A stretch of 64,000 nucleotides of DNA from IMG/VR virus record IMGVR_UViG_3300018424_000006, positions 1 to 64,000 of that record. One strand, given 5' to 3'. This document shows, in pieces, positions 59,879 through 64,000 of the stretch. The position numbers and the translations under genes are program-made. The stretch's first letter is position 1; each line of letters begins with the position of its first letter. Under the pieces are notes generated by a model that made no database searches, was not told the DNA's origin, and worked only from the letters and a program-made list of their open reading frames with translations.

Positions 59879-61575
59879 TGGGACAAACACTTAGAGTCGG
59901 CTCGGCTCAAGCTCATACGAATATTATTTCAGCACTAACGGCTCTAGGTGATATTGCCGGTACTGGAGAAAACATCATCTTGGTGGATGCTGGGTATAGC
60001 ACAACTGAAGATTTGGTTTTAGGTAGCTATATATCGAACTCTGGATCTGGAGACTTCATCCGTATTTCTGGAGACAGTGGAAGGTTTACCCTTACACCCT
60101 CCGTTGATTCGATTGAACTAGATGCTACAGATTGTATCTTAGAGAATGTCGATATAGTTACAGGGATAGCTAACCAAACGGCAGTACGACTAACCGGGAC
60201 CAACGTTCTCCTTAGACATTATTCTATTACACGCAATGCAAATGGATATTGTATTAGTGGTACTGGGGGCTCCGGAACGATTGAAGACGGTATCCATTAC
60301 GGAGATATCTCTTATCAAGCAAGGACTCTCCCTACAGCCAGAAGAATAACATGCGGCCCTTCCGATTACGGGCTTCATGTAACGACAGCCGAAGACTGTT
60401 TGGTATTTGATACGTCATTTAGTGACGATATAAATGCCACTACAGTAACCAACTGTGCGACGTCAGATACATCTGGTACATCTCCGTATCAGAACATAGT
60501 TCCGGCAACAGAGTTGGTGGACCCGACAAATAACGACTATACCTTAAAGGCCGATTCTCAGCTCATTGGTAAGGGTGTTACTGGGTTCAGTATCGGCGGA
60601 GACCAAACGACAGGCTATACTGCCCCAGCCACGCTCTCCTCTCTAACTATTAATAGCATTACCCAAACCACCGCCACAGCGAACTTAGATACAGATTTTG
60701 GAGACGGAAGTCTTTACTGGGTTTTAGTTACTGATGGAAGCAGTCCTTCAGTAGACCAGATTAAAGCTGGTACTAATGAAGACGACACTGTAGCAGCGTT
60801 AAGTGGTAGTCAAGCTGTAGGCGGAGTGGGCGCGCAAATTGTCAGTCTGACAGGTTTGACGCTCTATACTGACTACGTTATCTTTATCGTACATGCAAGA
60901 ACGGCAGTCTCTAACTCTAATATCCTTACGGCGGCGTTTCAGAGCGCAGATACTCCAAGACCGGTAATATCTAGTCTGAGTGGCTCAGTTGTTGAAGGAG
61001 AATCTTTATTGATAACCTGTACCGCAGCCGGAACATCTAGCGGAAAGGTTACTATAGGGGGAGTACAACAACGCGTCACTAGTTGGAGTCCAACTTCTAT
61101 AACAATTAATATAGCGGCTGGCGATCAAGCGTTTGGAGTAAAAGATCTTTTAGTGGAAGACGCTGGAGGTATTATATCTCGTCCTTACTCCGTAGAGTTA
61201 AAGCCAGGAGCTACCTTTACTTATACCGACTTAACCAATCCCGGGTCAGGTCCGGAACACCTATTTCAAGGTGCTTTCCCTGCAGTTAAAACTGGTGATC
61301 AGGTTATCTTTGAAAAAGTAACAAATCTGTCCCATGGCGTATATGTCGGGGAAGATGGCATTTTCTATTTAATGGGAGCAGGCGGGGTAGGAACTACCCA
61401 AACCTTTAAGATAAAGGTTTTCTTCAACGACTTATCAAGATGGTCAAATGAAGCTACAGTGACAGTTAATGAAGTAGTGGCACAAGTGGTTTTTGATAAT
61501 AATCTTCAACACGAGCCAGTGGCGGTTGAAGGCTATGACTTCGAGTTAACACTGGATGGAGTTCAGGTATCATGA
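59878..61575 (+). CDS. Beta-helix + FN3 + IPT/TIG multidomain protein
   Basis: Start ATG 59878 (TAATG overlap); 'DPTNNDYTLKADSQLIGKG' helix cap; FN3 'LTGLTLYTDY'; IPT 'VTSWSPTSITI'. Confidence 0.7.
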   Translation: MGQTLRVGSAQAHTNIISALTALGDIAGTGENIILVDAGYSTTEDLVLGSYISNSGSGDFIRISGDSGRFTLTPSVDSIELDATDCILENVDIVTGIANQTAVRLTGTNVLLRHYSITRNANGYCISGTGGSGTIEDGIHYGDISYQARTLPTARRITCGPSDYGLHVTTAEDCLVFDTSFSDDINATTVTNCATSDTSGTSPYQNIVPATELVDPTNNDYTLKADSQLIGKGVTGFSIGGDQTTGYTAPATLSSLTINSITQTTATANLDTDFGDGSLYWVLVTDGSSPSVDQIKAGTNEDDTVAALSGSQAVGGVGAQIVSLTGLTLYTDYVIFIVHARTAVSNSNILTAAFQSADTPRPVISSLSGSVVEGESLLITCTAAGTSSGKVTIGGVQQRVTSWSPTSITINIAAGDQAFGVKDLLVEDAGGIISRPYSVELKPGATFTYTDLTNPGSGPEHLFQGAFPAVKTGDQVIFEKVTNLSHGVYVGEDGIFYLMGAGGVGTTQTFKIKVFFNDLSRWSNEATVTVNEVVAQVVFDNNLQHEPVAVEGYDFELTLDGVQVS

Positions 61576-63593
61576 AGCGAATAATGAACATCAATGCAAC
61601 TGATGTAGTCTCACCCGGCGAAGTTGTTGATATACAACTCGCTGAATGTAATCCGATAAAGCTTTACGGAGCTTTACGGAAAAATGCAACCGACTATCCG
61701 CTAGAAGAAATTAGCTGGGATAAAGCTAGTAATGTTTGGCGGGTACGTACGGCTGCAAATCTACCTATTGATACTGGTTATCAGCTACGAGTATGGTTTA
61801 ATGATGCTAACATTATACCTGTTCCCGATGGTGGTCAGTACAGCGGGTTTGTAGGCGTAGACCTACAGATCCGTTTAGGTGACGTAGTAGATGGCGATAA
61901 TGAAGCAGTTACTTATAGCGCTATAAGTAGCGGTGACGCATCACTATCTATTGTAAATAATATTTTAACAGTTAACGCTAATACGGAAGGTACTGAAACA
62001 ATTACAGTGACTGCTACAGACTCTGTAGGAGCTTCTGGACAGAATACCATTACTCTAGAAGTTGTAGGCGAGGCGGTAACGACATTTGCGTACTTAACAA
62101 ACGACGTAAGTGTTATTGCTCCGTATTATGACGCAGGGCAGCCTGCCAAATTAGGTACGGTAACCGACCCTGTTACTGGTGTAACTATTCGCCGTATGTC
62201 AGATTCATCTACTGACTTGCAGCAATCCGATCAAGGTCTAAATGGTTATTCAAGATGGACCCAGATTAATTCGGACGGGACTAAGTTGCTGATCTTCGGT
62301 TCGAACTCTACTTCGTGTACAGTCCTAGAAGTTTCTACTGGCGCTGTCGTAGCATATTTAGCTTATGACGACTCTGGCAATGGCGTGACTACATTAGGTA
62401 TGGCCCATGAAGTAAGATGGGACTTATCTGGTAATCACCCCAATCGAGTTTATTTTAGAAATGGCACCCAATTCTTTCAGATTGATGATGTTACTCAGAA
62501 CAACAATGCCGATCGATCTAACCCAACTAGATCCGTTATTAAAGACTTTGAATCATTAATAACGTGGCCATCGGGTAGTTCTGGCCATCAGATAGAAAAT
62601 GATCAAGAAGGCGACTCGTCTAATGACTCCGACCATTGGGCATTTATGGCGACGTATTATGAGGCTGCTGGAGATACGACTCGCTGTAGAGCATTTATCC
62701 ATTACCAGATCTCTACCGATACAATGCACATTATGTATCCTAGTGACTTAGCCGGTGCTCCTGTAGCGACCTTTAGGATAAACGATTCAAGTGATTTTGC
62801 CAGTCTTGATAGTATTAAGGATATGGATTATTTCCCTGCTCGTCCTAACATGGTAGAGATATCTCCACTAGGTACAGGGTTTGTAATCCATAACGGTCGG
62901 GCTTGGGACCCGGCTACAACCATCTCGGGTACTTGGTTCGATGGTCCTCATTTATGGCCTCTAGATTTAGATTGGCAGCGTGAAGCGCCTTTCAGAATCT
63001 CTATTGACCAATCTCACTCCGGCTGGGCGTTTGCTAAAGACGGAAGAGAGATGTTTGTTTATCAGGACAACAGACGTGACTTCCTAACTGCCACCTATAT
63101 CAGTGGTGCAGTTAAAGGTTATAACCTTAATTCTGATGCCGGTCCTAATGACGTTACTAATGAAGGTAGTATAGATTTCGCTTATCATAGCGATCTATCG
63201 TGGACTGGATTCCACTTTGGTAAGATGCCTCCTAATCGTCCAGGATTTGTTATGGTATCTACCTACTCAGGCGGTATCGACGAATGGGCCGATGAACAGC
63301 TTCTTATGATCGAAATTAAAGATAAAGATGCTCCCACACCCCCTAAGATTCTTAGGATTGCTCCTATGTACCATGAGTATGAAAGTGCTTACTGGGATGA
63401 AGCAACTGCTAGTATGGACGTAACTGGAAATATAATTTGTGTGGCTCAGAACTGGGGTCTTGCAAATGGTGCTTCAAATGAAGTATATTTCTATGAACTA
63501 CCTAACGACTGGCATGCGAAGTTATCTGCGCCGACGTGGTATCCTCCGGAATACTACCAAACCGTAATTGTAAATAGTGTAGAGGTGGTCTAG
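61572..63593 (+). CDS. Ig-like + oligogalacturonate-lyase-like (PL22-type) beta-propeller protein
   Basis: 'DPVTGVTIRRMSD...YSRW..INSDGTKLL'; clearly paralogous to the C-terminal domain of 47182-55038; ATGA overlap. Confidence 0.7.
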   Translation: MKRIMNINATDVVSPGEVVDIQLAECNPIKLYGALRKNATDYPLEEISWDKASNVWRVRTAANLPIDTGYQLRVWFNDANIIPVPDGGQYSGFVGVDLQIRLGDVVDGDNEAVTYSAISSGDASLSIVNNILTVNANTEGTETITVTATDSVGASGQNTITLEVVGEAVTTFAYLTNDVSVIAPYYDAGQPAKLGTVTDPVTGVTIRRMSDSSTDLQQSDQGLNGYSRWTQINSDGTKLLIFGSNSTSCTVLEVSTGAVVAYLAYDDSGNGVTTLGMAHEVRWDLSGNHPNRVYFRNGTQFFQIDDVTQNNNADRSNPTRSVIKDFESLITWPSGSSGHQIENDQEGDSSNDSDHWAFMATYYEAAGDTTRCRAFIHYQISTDTMHIMYPSDLAGAPVATFRINDSSDFASLDSIKDMDYFPARPNMVEISPLGTGFVIHNGRAWDPATTISGTWFDGPHLWPLDLDWQREAPFRISIDQSHSGWAFAKDGREMFVYQDNRRDFLTATYISGAVKGYNLNSDAGPNDVTNEGSIDFAYHSDLSWTGFHFGKMPPNRPGFVMVSTYSGGIDEWADEQLLMIEIKDKDAPTPPKILRIAPMYHEYESAYWDEATASMDVTGNIICVAQNWGLANGASNEVYFYELPNDWHAKLSAPTWYPPEYYQTVIVNSVEVV

Positions 63594-64000
63594 TGGCTAT
63601 TAATTTAACTCTGGATACTGATCCATTACAGGCTAATGGCTCAACTATCTTTAATACATTTGAAGACTTAAAAGCATATATAACGACTACTTACGGCAAT
63701 AGCTGGACCGGACAAGGAACATTAACTGTTACGTGTCAATCTAGTGACGGCCAGCCTTATGTAGGTGGTATTGTTGTAGACGACTTCGTCCCTAGTGAAA
63801 CAGATAATATGATTATCCGTGCCGTTAAAGTGGGCAATACTCCATTCCGCCAAACACCCCCAGATAACTTTACTAGTTCTCTTATAGGTATAGCTGACGA
63901 CTATGTTGACGTTATAACGGAATTAGGCACTTGGTTCTTGGATGGAAGTCAGGGAGCGATTAATAATCACTTCTTCTGTCACTCTTCTAAGGCGGGTGTA
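63593..64000 (+). CDS. 3'-truncated paralog of the 55038 protein (absent from the ORF track)
   Basis: GTG overlapping the TAG (TAGTG) with SD GAGGTGG. Open to the window end: MAINLTLDTDP..NG.T.FNTF...DDYVDV aligns with MPFTYIVDTNP..GN..TFATF...DDYIDV. Confidence 0.75.
   Translation, partial: MAINLTLDTDPLQANGSTIFNTFEDLKAYITTTYGNSWTGQGTLTVTCQSSDGQPYVGGIVVDDFVPSETDNMIIRAVKVGNTPFRQTPPDNFTSSLIGIADDYVDVITELGTWFLDGSQGAINNHFFCHSSKAGV

Noticed and set aside
53620-63520. Repeated propeller-coding DNA as a possible DGR template/variable repeat pair
   Set aside because: Differences are not adenine-specific, both copies are long coding domains, and there is no reverse transcriptase in the window.

Overview
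This window is a 64-kb, AT-rich, gene-dense segment of a lytic jumbo phage, most likely phiKZ-like (Chimalliviridae). The basis is the divergent central-spike/SbcC-ATPase gene pair, an RNase H with a long C-terminal extension, the 'Y-FDP-G---N---NE' virion-protein family, and repeated TTCTATATTAC early-promoter motifs. A Vibrio/Pasteurellaceae-type ThyA and secreted-enzyme-style Ig/beta-helix modules suggest a gammaproteobacterial, possibly marine, host (inference). Layout: 1-15.4 kb holds the spike, SbcC, thyA, ligA, DHFR and ORFans. 15.5-23.9 kb is a minus-strand early block of small ORFans, including three stand-alone NUMOD1-type HTH genes and a YD/RHS-repeat gene. 24-27 kb holds a lipoprotein, RNase H and a virion protein. 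27.2-64 kb is one very large plus-strand fibre/appendage locus. The best candidate for a new system is 47.2-64 kb. There, a 2618-aa scaffold sharing an N-terminal anchor with two fibre proteins carries apparently degenerate SGNH and lyase-propeller domains. It is followed by a tightly coupled train of anchor-less genes encoding intact-looking versions of the same domains, plus a Sec-signal, 16-Cys PL9-like lyase. A second candidate is a ~370-nt structured RNA with three anti-Shine-Dalgarno CCUCCC motifs upstream of the ligase operon. No tRNA, rRNA, CRISPR array, integrase, transposase or reverse transcriptase was seen. All family calls come from motif recognition by eye; no database searches were run.
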